A stretch of 53,757 nt of DNA from a virus (lineage: Duplodnaviria > Caudoviricetes), in IMG/VR virus record IMGVR_UViG_3300005738_000002, positions 1 through 53,757 of that record. One strand, given 5' to 3'. The notes below the pieces were generated by a model that was given only the letters and a program-made list of their open reading frames with translations, was not told the DNA's origin and made no database searches. This document shows, piece by piece, positions 6,170-18,100 of this stretch (position 1 is the first letter of the stretch; the number at the start of each line of letters is the position of its first letter). The translations under genes and the position numbers were made by a program.

Positions 6170-6304
6170 ATGGCAATGTCCAAGAACGGCAGTTATATTC
6201 AGGGTAATCCAAAGATTACGCGACAAGGGAAGAGTAAGAATACAAAACTATCTGCAACCAGCAGAAATGTAGCAAAGAAGAGATATCGTGGACAAGGTAA
6301 GTAA
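6170..6304 (+). CDS. Small very basic conserved protein
   Basis: 44 aa ending PKITRQG...SATSRN..KKRYRGQGK, recalled as typical upstream of gp25 in cyanomyoviruses; GGAG upstream. Confidence 0.75.
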   Translation: MAMSKNGSYIQGNPKITRQGKSKNTKLSATSRNVAKKRYRGQGK

Positions 6305-6719
6305 AGAGATTTACGAATGGATCGAGCATGTTATAACACCTAGGGATGAACTAGGAGCAATGTGTATATGTCCATTTGCAAAACAAGCAAAGGTTAGTAT
6401 CAGTCATACAACGTTAAGCGATATCACCCCGAAGGAAGGGGTAGATGTCGCTATTTTTGTTGTCAATGATGATATTAGTTTTGATGCATTAATAGATGCA
6501 AGGAATGAGTTAAATAGGAAGTATAAGGAATATATTTTCCTTGAGGATCATATGAATGATCCAAGTTATATAAATGGTGTGCAAAGTAATTTTGGCAAAG
6601 CAAATTTGATATTATGTCAAAAGCGTGATGAATTATTACGAGCACGTAATACTTTAGGTAAAACAGAGTATTATGAGTACTGGTCAAAAGAAATGTATAG
6701 GAGTATAGTTCATGGGTAA
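6288..6719 (+). CDS. Conserved hypothetical protein (W...V......ICPFAK, DUF1415-like)
   Basis: 143-aa ORF with CPFAK and DH motifs. Confidence 0.7.
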   Translation: MDKVSKEIYEWIEHVITPRDELGAMCICPFAKQAKVSISHTTLSDITPKEGVDVAIFVVNDDISFDALIDARNELNRKYKEYIFLEDHMNDPSYINGVQSNFGKANLILCQKRDELLRARNTLGKTEYYEYWSKEMYRSIVHG

Positions 6720-6858
6720 TAGTCCGACAGATATTAGTGATGAGTTTAAAAAATCGGGAATGACTCTGATTTCACAACCAGCGAGTGACCGCTGGTTAAA
6801 CCGCTCAAAACCCAAAGATAACAAAGAAAAAGAGGGAAAGATCAATTCCAAAGATTGA
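6712..6858 (+). CDS. 48-aa hypothetical protein (below ORF-track cutoff)
   Basis: MGNSPTDISDEFKKSGMTLISQPASDRWL...; fills the gap before gp25. Confidence 0.6.
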   Translation: MGNSPTDISDEFKKSGMTLISQPASDRWLNRSKPKDNKEKEGKINSKD

Positions 6859-6859
6859 C

Positions 6860-6867
6860 TATAAATA
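6860..6867 (+). promoter_or_regulatory. T4-type late promoter
   Basis: TATAAATA just upstream of gp25. Confidence 0.85.
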
Positions 6868-6891
6868 CTAAGAGGTAAACTCTACTTCAGT

Positions 6892-7287
6892 GTGACAGAT
6901 TCCTTTCAAACTTTTAAGGATTTGAGCATTACGTTCAAACCGCATCCTGTAACAGGTGATTTAATCGTCAAGAAGGATGATGCTGCAGTTAAGCAAGCAG
7001 TTATTAACTTATTGCTTACAAATAAGGGTGAGAGACCATTTCAACCAGATTTGGGATCAGATCTTCGTAACTTACTATTTGAACCTGTTGATGCAGCAAG
7101 TGCTGGACAAATTGCAAGAAACATTGCAGACACCCTTAATAGATATGAACCAAGAATCAAGATTCTAAATTTGGACGTAAGTTCAAATTATGAAGATAAT
7201 GGGTTTGATGTCTTAATAAATTTTGAAATCATTGGTAGAGAAGATTTTCCTGTAGTAATAGAATTCTTCTTAGAGAGAACTCGATAA
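6892..7287 (+). CDS. gp25: Baseplate wedge subunit gp25
   Basis: HPVTGDL...NLLLT.KGERPFQP.LGS..LLFE...YEPR motif. Confidence 0.95.
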   Translation: MTDSFQTFKDLSITFKPHPVTGDLIVKKDDAAVKQAVINLLLTNKGERPFQPDLGSDLRNLLFEPVDAASAGQIARNIADTLNRYEPRIKILNLDVSSNYEDNGFDVLINFEIIGREDFPVVIEFFLERTR

Positions 7288-9096
7288 ATGCCATACGTTC
7301 AGATATCAAATTTAGATTTTGCAGACATCAAGACTGCTCTCAAGGAATACTTGAGATCGCAGGCAGAATTTACTGACTTTGATTTTGAGGGATCTACCTG
7401 GAGTAACCTCTTAGATGTATTAGCATATAATACGTATTACACAGCATTTAACACCAATATGGTGGTAAATGAGACATTTTTAGAAAGTGCTACATTAAGA
7501 GATAATGTTGTAGCATTAGCAAAGCAATTAGGTTATAGACCAAAATCAACCACTGCTCCTAAAGCAGTATTAAACTTTAGAGCAATATTTCCAAATACTG
7601 CACCTAATGAGATTATTCTCAAGCGTGGTACAGGATTTACCGCAACATATGATACAACTACGTATAATTATGTTGCTGTTGAGGATATAAAAGCGCAAGT
7701 TGTAAGTGGAACCGCAACTTTTACCGAAACTCCGATTTATGAGGGTAATTTTGTTACGGACACGTATATTGTTAACGCAACTTCTTCTACTAAGTACGTA
7801 ATTAAGAATCCATCTGCGGATATTACTACTGTGAGAGTGCGCGTATTTGCTTCTCAGCAAGCAACTACGGGAAAAGTATTTGCAAGAGCAGACAGCATTT
7901 TAGACATTACAGGATCAAGTGATGTATACTACATCGAAGAAATTGAAGACGAGCAGTATCAAGTCTATTTTGGTGATGGTGTTTTAGGTGCAGCATTAGA
8001 AGCAGGCAATCAAGTTGAGATCACATATTTGTCTACTACTGGTCCTGAATCGAATGGTGCAAGAACATTCACCTTTAATGGCGTCCTAGAGGACCCTCAA
8101 GGATCTTCTAACTATAATTTTAGTATAGACTACACATCTTCGTTAGATCTCGTTGAGGTGGCAAATGGAGGCGCTGAGATTGAGTCATTGAAAAAGATCA
8201 AATTCAATGCTCCAAAATTATTTGGCACTCAGAATCGTGCTGTTACAGCTTCTGACTATGGAGCAATCGTAAGAGAACTATATCCAGCAGTTGCAGACAT
8301 TATTACTTTTGGTGGAGAAGAAGATAGTCCTCCAGAGTATGGAAGAGTAAAGATTGCAATTAAACCAACAAATGGTTCTAGAATTAGTTCCAGAACAAAG
8401 CAAGAGATTATCACTAATCTAAAACCATATATGGTAGCATCCATCACTCCGGTGATTGTTGATCCATCAGTTCTTTATGTTGAGTTAACTTCAAAAGTAA
8501 ATTATAGTAAATCAGTTACAAATCAGACTAATGATGAAATTAAGTCTAAAGTTATTTCTGGTTTAGAAAAGTACATTGCTGATTCAGATACAGAAAAATT
8601 TAATGGTAAGTTTAGATATTCAAAATTTGTTGGCGTTATCGATGATGCTGATCGTAGTATTACTAGTAACAACACTACAATCAAAATAAGAAAAGACTTC
8701 TATCCACAAATCAATAGTAGTTTTTATTATGAATTGTGTTATCAGAATACGTTTAACAATACATGTGATGAGGATGTCATTGTACAATCCACTGGATTCA
8801 AAGTAAGTGAATATCCTTTATACACAGTCTATTTGGAAGATCGTTTTGGTAAAATGGTCCTATATAGAGAGGACTCTATAACTGGTGAAAAAATTGTTCT
8901 TAACGATTCCGTTGGAACAGTTGATTATACTAAAGGTGAAATAAAATTATACGATTTAACGATTATTCAAGGTAGTTTCTTTGATAATCGAATTGAAGTT
9001 AGATCTATTCCATTGAATAATGATATTAACGCAGTTAGAGAAGTATTTCTTGATGTAGATGTTCCCAAAAGTTTGTTCACGATAAACGCAGAGTAA
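7288..9096 (+). CDS. gp6: Baseplate wedge subunit gp6
   Basis: LDF.DIK..L...FTDFDFEGS...LLDVLAYNT...E.FL.SA..R.NVV..AK.LGY; QNRAVTA.DY. Confidence 0.95.
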   Translation: MPYVQISNLDFADIKTALKEYLRSQAEFTDFDFEGSTWSNLLDVLAYNTYYTAFNTNMVVNETFLESATLRDNVVALAKQLGYRPKSTTAPKAVLNFRAIFPNTAPNEIILKRGTGFTATYDTTTYNYVAVEDIKAQVVSGTATFTETPIYEGNFVTDTYIVNATSSTKYVIKNPSADITTVRVRVFASQQATTGKVFARADSILDITGSSDVYYIEEIEDEQYQVYFGDGVLGAALEAGNQVEITYLSTTGPESNGARTFTFNGVLEDPQGSSNYNFSIDYTSSLDLVEVANGGAEIESLKKIKFNAPKLFGTQNRAVTASDYGAIVRELYPAVADIITFGGEEDSPPEYGRVKIAIKPTNGSRISSRTKQEIITNLKPYMVASITPVIVDPSVLYVELTSKVNYSKSVTNQTNDEIKSKVISGLEKYIADSDTEKFNGKFRYSKFVGVIDDADRSITSNNTTIKIRKDFYPQINSSFYYELCYQNTFNNTCDEDVIVQSTGFKVSEYPLYTVYLEDRFGKMVLYREDSITGEKIVLNDSVGTVDYTKGEIKLYDLTIIQGSFFDNRIEVRSIPLNNDINAVREVFLDVDVPKSLFTINAE

Positions 9097-9102
9097 CCTT
9101 AA

Positions 9103-12100
9103 ATGGTAGAGACTAGAAGAATATCTACTCTTATCGAAACTCAACTACCTGAGTTTATTTCTACCGACTACGAAAATTTTTCAAAAGTCGTTGAGAAATA
9201 CTACGAGCAGTTAGAGTTAACGGGGCAACCCCTTGATGTTATCCAAAACATCGGGAAGTATCGCGATATAGATTTTTATGAAAAGAATCTATTAAAAGAA
9301 TCTACAACATTATCTTCTAATATTTCTGCTTCGGATTCTACAATCTTAGTAGCAGATGCAACATCATTTCCAGAATCTAATGGATATATTTCTATTGGAG
9401 ATGAAATCTTATTTTATAAGGAAAGGACTGACACATCGTTTTTAGAAGTTTCCAGAGGAGTTAGTGGAAACCAAAGTTTAGGCGATTTATACACTTCTAG
9501 CAATTTTGTTACTACATTATCTGCCGAGCATTTAAGCGGAGATAATGTTCAGAATATTAGTAACTTATTTTTATATGCATTTGTAAAAAACTTTGAATCT
9601 GACTATCTTGCATCTTTTCCTGAGAAGTATTTAAAGGGATCCGTTGATAAGCGTACCCTTATTAAGAATATTACTGATTTCTATCAGGCAAAAGGTACTG
9701 ATCGTTCAATCAAGTTTATTTTTAATACTTTAGTTTCTAATGACAAACCAGAAGTATTAAAACCAAAAGATAATACTCTTAAGGCATCTTTTTCTGATTG
9801 GGTCACTTCATATTCATTAAAAGTTAAAATTCTTTCTGGAAATCCAGAAAATTTGATTGGAGAACAACTTACTCAAGCATTAGATCCTTTAGACTCTTCT
9901 ATTGGGTTTGCTTCTGGTATTATAGACAATATTTTTGCAATTGGTGATGGGCTCTATGAAGTAGTCATTGATACCTCTACATTAAACAATGAATTTGATA
10001 TTGCCGCCAAAACTACACTCACTGAAAATCTTAATCTAGGAACAACGATTGGTGATAGAGTTAATGTCTTCTCTACAGAAGGATTTAACACTAGAGGAAG
10101 ATTTTTAATTGGTAGTGAAGTATTTGAGTACAATCAAAAGAATGTTGATCAATTTGTAATTAGTCGTAGAGAAGGTAATTCTTCATATGCATCAGGAACC
10201 GAGGTTTATAGTGTTTCCACAGTTACATCTAAGAATGCAGAGATATTAGTATTAGGTGTTTTATATAACTTAGATACAGCAATTGAAGCACCATATTCAG
10301 AAGAAGGGGATACCATTCAAATTTCTGATCCTGGTTTTATAACTAGAGATCCAATTATTAATGATATTGCAACAAATCAAACTAGATGGATTTTAAGCAC
10401 ATCAAAGGCATCTTCTCTTAATTCTACAATAACAGGACAAATAAATGATTTAAACGCTGATGTTTCGGCAGTTTATGAAGATGGAAACTATTATTACATC
10501 TGTTCTTCTGGATATCCTGGCAGGAGTATTTTAACTGCTACTACTGATCAAACTTTAAGTGATCAGAAGTTAATGAGGTTGATTAGAAAGAACCCTTTAA
10601 CAATTACCGAGACATATGCCACTTCTCAACGTGATGTTGGTATTTTTGTAGATGGTAGTGTTGCTTTTAGTCAAAAAGATTTTAGGCAAGTCAAATTTGG
10701 TCCCATCGACACTTTCAACGTTGTTAATAAAGGCGGTGCCTATAAAGGAGCTCCATACGTATTAATTAACAACAAACCTGGATTTGCACGAGCATTAATG
10801 TCTGGAGAGACTATAGACTCTATTGAGTCTTTGTCTGATACATCATACACTAGTGTTCCTGAGGTTACCATCACCTCTGGTAGAGGAGCAACTGGTACTG
10901 CAAAAGTTACTTTCGGTAAAATTACAAGTATTAAAGTTGATAATGAAGGTGAATACTATTCAACACCACCTTTAGTTGTAATTACTGATAGATTAGGTAA
11001 GGGAAGATTTGCTGAGTATAATGCTATTATTAAAGATGGAAAAATTGTAGAATTTGAATCTGTAGATCAAGGTAAATTCTATAGCAAAGGAAATGTTATC
11101 GTTCAGATCATTCCTGTTGGTTCTAGAGGTGAAGTAACTTGTGATATTGTTACTTGGACTAGAAATAGGTATGATGTTCTTAATACTGAGCTTGATGCAT
11201 CTAATGGTTATGTTTTTCAAAACTATAATCCAACTAGAGGATATGGTTATGGAATTATTGCCAACCCAGTAGAACTTAGATCACAATTAAATGACGATGG
11301 AACTAATCACTCACCTATTTTAGGTTTTGCTTATGATGGCAATCCAATTTATGGTCCATATGGTTATAGAAACCCATTAGATTCTACTAGTGCTATTAGT
11401 AGACTGAATTCTTCATATCAATTAAAATCATCTAGAGTTGGTGGTCCAATTTTAGCAGATTATCCTTTAGGATCTTTTATCGAAGATTATGAGTGGATTC
11501 CAGGAACTGAAACTGGTAAACTAAATTTAGATGAAAACAATGGAAGATATTGTGCAACTCCTGAATATCCAAGAGGAACGTATGCATATTTCATTACTAT
11601 AGATGCTAATGGTATTCCTGCTTATCCCTATATCTTAGGTCAAAATTTCTATTCATTACCAGTAGATTCTAATTATAATGCTGATCTTACTCAAGATGAT
11701 CTTCCTGCTAAAGCAAAAAGATTAAGAACATCATCAATAGAGAGCAATGGTTCTGAATCTATTCTTAAAGTTAATAAAACTATTTCGGGTAGTGTCAATA
11801 ATTTAAATATCGAAGATTCTCCAGCAACGTTTAAAGTTGGTAATAGATTTATTATTGAAGATCTTGATACTGAAGGATCTGGTGCATCTGCTGTTATTGC
11901 TTCTGTTGAAGGAAAAACTATTACATCCATTGATTCTAAGTCTTTAGATCCAACTAATCAATACTCTGTTGCTCTGGTTAAATTAATTTCACCGACTTTC
12001 CTTTTTGAGAATGATGTAATTACTCAAACAGGTTCAAATTTCACTGGTCGTGTTATTGGTGATGTATTTAACAGAAATGAGTTTGTAATTGAGCGAGTAA

Positions 12101-15100
12101 CAGGAACATATACAGAAGGAGCAACATTAAACTCTTCAAGTAATATTATCAATATTATTACTGATAGAAATGCATTCTATTCAAAAAATTCCACTTTACT
12201 ACTTACAGATGGAGAAGACTCTGTTTTAGCAACCGGTAGAATTCTAGAAACTACAGCAAATCAAAATTCTATTAAAGTCGAAGTGTTGACAGGAGAATTT
12301 GTTGTACCTGAAAGTGTACGTGTTCCTTACTTCCTACAAAGCACAACAATTGGAGATACTGTCGGTGCAGAAGTAGTAGTATACTCAGAATTAAGTAAAG
12401 GTCTTGTTCCGTTTTTAGTAAAAACTGATGTTGCTCTATTAGAAACCAATGAACCCCATAATGTTGGTGTTGGAACATATGTTGATATTGATATTATTCC
12501 TGATGTAGCACAAACATCTACAGAATATTATGTTAGAAAGCGTTTCTATCAAGAAATCACTCTTAAGGCGCCATCATATAATAGTATCTTAAAAGATACA
12601 GGTATTGGTAGAGGTGATCTACTAAATGGTGGATTAGACTATACTTCTGGAGAATATCTAGATGTAGAGTTAATTTTCTCGGATCAAAGTAGGGTAAGAA
12701 ATGGAATTGGTGCTATTGGTGATGCCGACAATGCCAGAGCAACTATTAATGTTAGTGATTTTAATGGAACTGGATATGGTAGTGTTTCAGACTTTACAAT
12801 CACAACTAAAGGAACAAATTATATCAAAGGTGATATTTTAACAGTTTCTGATGCTGATCTATCCAGATTATCAAATTCTATTTCTACACAAAGACTAGCA
12901 ATTAATGTTGATCATATTGGTTTTGCTCAACTTAATACTAGAATAAGTTTAGTTCAAGTAAATAAACTATCTGAAGGAGATCTCTTATTAATTGATAGTG
13001 AAATTGTAAAAATTGTTACAATAGACTCGGGTACTAATTCGGTAATTGTTGAAAGAGGTTTTGAAAATACAAATGTAGTAGATCATTTCAATGATGCTTT
13101 AGTAACATTATATAATGGTCAATATAGATTTAATGCTAATTCAAGACCACTCGGAACAGGACCAAATGATCCATATATCATCAATTATAATTCAACTACT
13201 CAAAGAGTAGTTCTTGCACATAATTATGGTTCTACATCTCCAAGAGAAGTTACACTAAGCACTATATTCCAAGATGATAGTTCTCCAAGAAAGTCAATTT
13301 CTATCTCAACTGCCACTCCAGGAGAGAATAGGTTAGAATTTTCTAAGGATGCAAATTTTGCTACTTATGGTGTTAATACTGATATTAGAATTCAAAAATA
13401 TTACAGGTATGTTTTTGATACCAGTCACTTCTCTATGCTTGGTATTTTCTTAGATTTCTCTGCAAGTAAGACTGGAAGTATCTTTACAGAAGAAAAAGAA
13501 GTAAGTGGAATTCAACCTGGCAATAATGGTTCTTTTGTTGCTATTACTTTAGGATTTGGACCATCAATCACAGGATTTGCTCAACAGAGATTCCCTGTTA
13601 ACTTTGATACTTATTACTACTTCATTAAAGCAAATAGTGATGTTAATACTGAGAGTGCTGCTCTAAAAGTTATTGATGATCCGTTAACAGGATCTAAAGA
13701 AGTTCTTTTTGCTACCTCAAACAAATTTGTTTATCAGTATACAGAAGATCCTGATTACAATGGGTTAGGAACTCTTTCATATACTACTAGCTCTCCTTTT
13801 GCAGAGGGTAAAATCAATATAGCTAGTATTGATAATAAAGGTTCTAATTACAAGAGAGTTCCTATTGTCAAAGGATGTATTGTAACTGAAAATAATGAAC
13901 CAACATTAGAAATACAATGGGATACACTAACAAGGTCTATTTTATCAGTCAACGTTGTTGATGGTGGTACTGGATATGTCAATCCACAAGCAATTGTAAC
14001 TACTGGAGATGGATCTGGAGCAGAATTTAAAGTTGTTAGTGATAATGGTGTTATCAAAAGAATTGATGTTATTAATCCTGGTACAGGATATACATTTGAA
14101 CCAATCATTTCTGTATATGAATCTAGTATAGTTGCATACTTTGATTCTACAACTATTGGTATTCCACAGGATATTTCTATCGTTAAAAGTGGTAATTCTT
14201 TCCATAGAGATAATACATTACTTTCTGAATATACTTCTAACTATGCACTTATTATTAAAGGATCTAGTAAATTCTTTAAAGGTGAAGTAGTAGAGCAAAG
14301 AGATGGAAATACTCTTATATTTTCTGGGTATGTTGCAGATAAAGGTTATAGAATTGGATCTAACATTTTAAGATTAGAAAAAGTTTCTGGTGTAGTTGAT
14401 ACTAGCATTCCATTAGTATCAGGCATTGATGCTTCTAGATCTGTAGAAGTTGTAAGTCTTTTAACGTCTACATTTGTTCCAAATATCGAGTCTTATTCAG
14501 ATAACATTGGCAGATTTACTTCTGGAAGAGGTAAGGTTGGTGATCGTTATCAAAGAATTACAGACTCGTTCTACTATCAAGATTATTCTTATGTAATTAA
14601 ATCAAAAACTTCAATTAATGTTTGGAGAGATTTGATTAACCAGACTACCCACCCTGCTGGTTTCAAATTATTTGGTGAAGTTGTTATCGAGACTAATCAA
14701 GAGTCTACGATGCCTACGGAGCAACCATTCTCTCCTAGAATTTCTTTTATTGAACTTTCGCCTAAAGTAATTACAACTGAGTCTACAAGAACAAGAAGAG
14801 TTGTTACTCAAACATCAGTTAGAGCAGTTGATACACATCTTAAACGTGGTGTAGGTTCTGTTTCTATTAATGAGTATGACACTGAAGGTATTTTATCAAA
14901 ACAACTAATTCTTCAGCAAGACTTTGATGGTCGTTATGCGACAGAAGAAGATTACATTGGTCCACTAGATTCTATTCAAACTGCTGTTGGTAACACAACT
15001 TTCTTTAAAGATAGTGTTAGTGCTGCATCTTCATATGTTTTGGGCACTAACCAGTCTGCTAAACTTTATGAAGTCAAAATGGTTAGAAATAACCAAAATA

Positions 15101-18100
15101 TCCCAATATCTCAATGGCAAGATTCTGATATTGCATTTAGTCTGATAAATCAGTCTACTGATTTCGATATCATTTCTGGATCTGGTCAAATTGAAGTTGG
15201 TGCATCTCATGCATTTAGATTAGGTTGGTTTTATAATATTGGTGCTGGAGAATCTGGAATTGTTGGTGTAGAAGGTAATGTTGCCACCAGAAAATTTTGT
15301 TTGATGTTAATTGGTGATAATATTGGTACAGATGCAGAAGAACTTACATCTAACTTTAAAGTTGGTGATCAAGTAAAACTATATGAAAATGCTACTACAC
15401 ATTATACAATTGAAATTCTGAGAGTAGATGCTCCTGCCTATGACCCTGTTTTTGGTGTTATCGGTGATGGCAATGTTCTTGGTAGAAGGTCTTTCCAAAT
15501 TCTCGATAAAGCAAATAATCTTGCATATACTCCATATAATGATCAAGAACTATTCATTACATTAAATGGTGTTGCTCAAGAACCAGGAAAAGCATTCCAA
15601 GTTTCTGATTCCAAAATTGTTTTCTCATCACCTCCTCTTGGCGCTCAGTATCCTATTACAGGAGAAAACTTTGATGACACATACGTAACTGATCCTACCA
15701 CATTCTTATGTAAGTCTTTCAAATTCAAACAGGATTCTTATAATAGTAAGTATCTAAAAAAATTAAAAGATATTTCTGATAATTTTGATGGAATTACTAC
15801 AGAGTTTGCGTTACAATGGGAAGATGGAACTATTGTTAAGACAGAACCAAAAGAAAATTTATTAGTCTTTATTAATGGAGTTTTACAAGCAGTTAATACT
15901 GCATATACTATTAGAAGAAGTGAGATTGCTTCTAATGCAGATATTATAGTATTTTCTGAACCACCTAGAAATTTCTATGACGTAATTGATTATACTCCAG
16001 AACAATTAGATCAAAAAGAGTACTTCTATGCATATGGTGTTGGTAGTTACGATCGTCTAAAAATTGACGAACGTTTAATTCCTTATCGTGGTACTGGTCC
16101 ATACCTTCTATTTGATGAAGAAACTGATATTGTTAAAAATATTAATGATAGTGAATTTGTATTAGTATTTGTTGATGGGGTGTTACAAAATCCCAATAGT
16201 TACATTTTAAATGGTCCTAACATTTCATTTACTGGCACTTTAAAGAAATTCAACCCAAGTACAGGAGAATCACTTGCAAGTAAGGTAGAGATGATTTCTC
16301 TATTCGGTAGACAAGTTCCAAAAACTCTTTCTGCTTATGATTATGATAGAATCATCTTTAGAAATAAAATTAATATTAATCTTACCAGAACTTTAGATAC
16401 TGCAGCAGGAAATGCTGAATATCTACAATGGCAAGAGAACTTTACTTCACTTGATCCTAGTAAGGAAAAAAATGTATTTACTTTTGATAATGATGGTAAT
16501 CGTATTATAGTTGGAAAACTAAATTCTGTTAGGTTTAACACTTTAGCAGATGGGACTTCTAATGGTCTTGCTAAACCAGGAGTAGTTGCAACTGATTTAT
16601 CCATTGAAGTATTGAATGCTGCTAACTTATTATTCACTACTAATACATTTACTGCAGGACTCAGTGAAGATGATGGCGAACTTAAATTAAAATCAATTTA
16701 TATTTCTGACGAAAGTGACTTTAGCAATTCTGTTAGTTTTAACGTTACTAATGAAGTATTTTCTATTCAATGGTCATACAAAACAAATGAAGATGGAGAG
16801 AGGGTATTAAGTAAAGACTTACCTGCTTGGTTGAATGGTTCTGAACTTGGCGAACAAGCTTATTACGAAATTTATGATGGACTAGTTGATATTTCACCCG
16901 GAGATCAGATTATGGTTGATGGTGAAAATACATATCGAGATATTATATCTGTTCCTAGTGAAGTAAAAGGAAGAAATTTCAATAGAGGAGAAACTGCTAA
17001 ATATGATCACTTTAGCAATATTGAAGTAAGTAACTACAATGGTATTGTAAGAGGTGAGGGACTTAGTGTTACATCACAAATTACCAATGGTGTAGTTACT
17101 AGTGTTGGATTTAGTGATCTAGAGTGGAATAGAAGAGATCTTAAATTATTCTTCGATACTGGTATTCTTCTACAACCAACTGCATATCAATATTTCGTTC
17201 CTCCACAGGTTAAATTTATTCCTGTAGATGGTAATGGTGGTGGTGCTAGAGCAGAAGTATTGACTATTGCTGGTCAAGTTCTTGACGTTATTTTAATTGA
17301 AGGTGGAAGTGGATATACTCAACCACCCAAGGCAGTTGTAACAAGAGGTTACAATGTTCTTCGTAAAAGAGATAGAGTAATCAGCAGCACATATGAAATT
17401 AATATTGGAACTCAGATTTCTGGTGGTGCCAATATTAATGGTCAATCTGAAATTACTCTTATTGGTGATGGAGTAACATCAGGTCTGCTTTCTATTCTTT
17501 CATTCGGTGTTGTTGGTTCAGTTGAGACGGTATCTGGAGATGAAATTGTTGTTCATGTCCAACCTAATTCAGAAAATTCTGGAGATAACCTAGAAATAGT
17601 AGAATCTGCTATAATTGTTAAGAGAGAAGCATTTGAGGCAGTTGATCAAGTTGCTGGCGAATTGATTATTAATGAAACGCTAATTACAGTCTCTCTTGAC
17701 AACCCAATTGCAAGTATTACTAATATCAGTCCTACTGGTCCTAATGGCAATGCTTCTTTAGTCGAGGGACTTGATCTTTATATACAAAAAGTAATCAATA
17801 CTCCGATTGCTTATGTTCGTGAGCAGTCTTCTTCTGCTACTGGTGCTTTCTTGGATGCTCCATTATCAGATTCAGCAACTACAGTATATGTTACAAATAC
17901 ATCACTATTTGCTGATGTCGGAAAACTTCAAATTGGAAAAGAAATTGTTACATATGAAAGAAAACTAGAAGATAGATTCTTTGATGTAACTAGAGGAGTA
18001 GCAGGTACTACAGCAACACCACATCCAGCTGGTCAGTATATTAGAACTATACCTGATTCTGTAAGGGTAATTCAAAGTGGACCTAGAACTATTGTTACCA

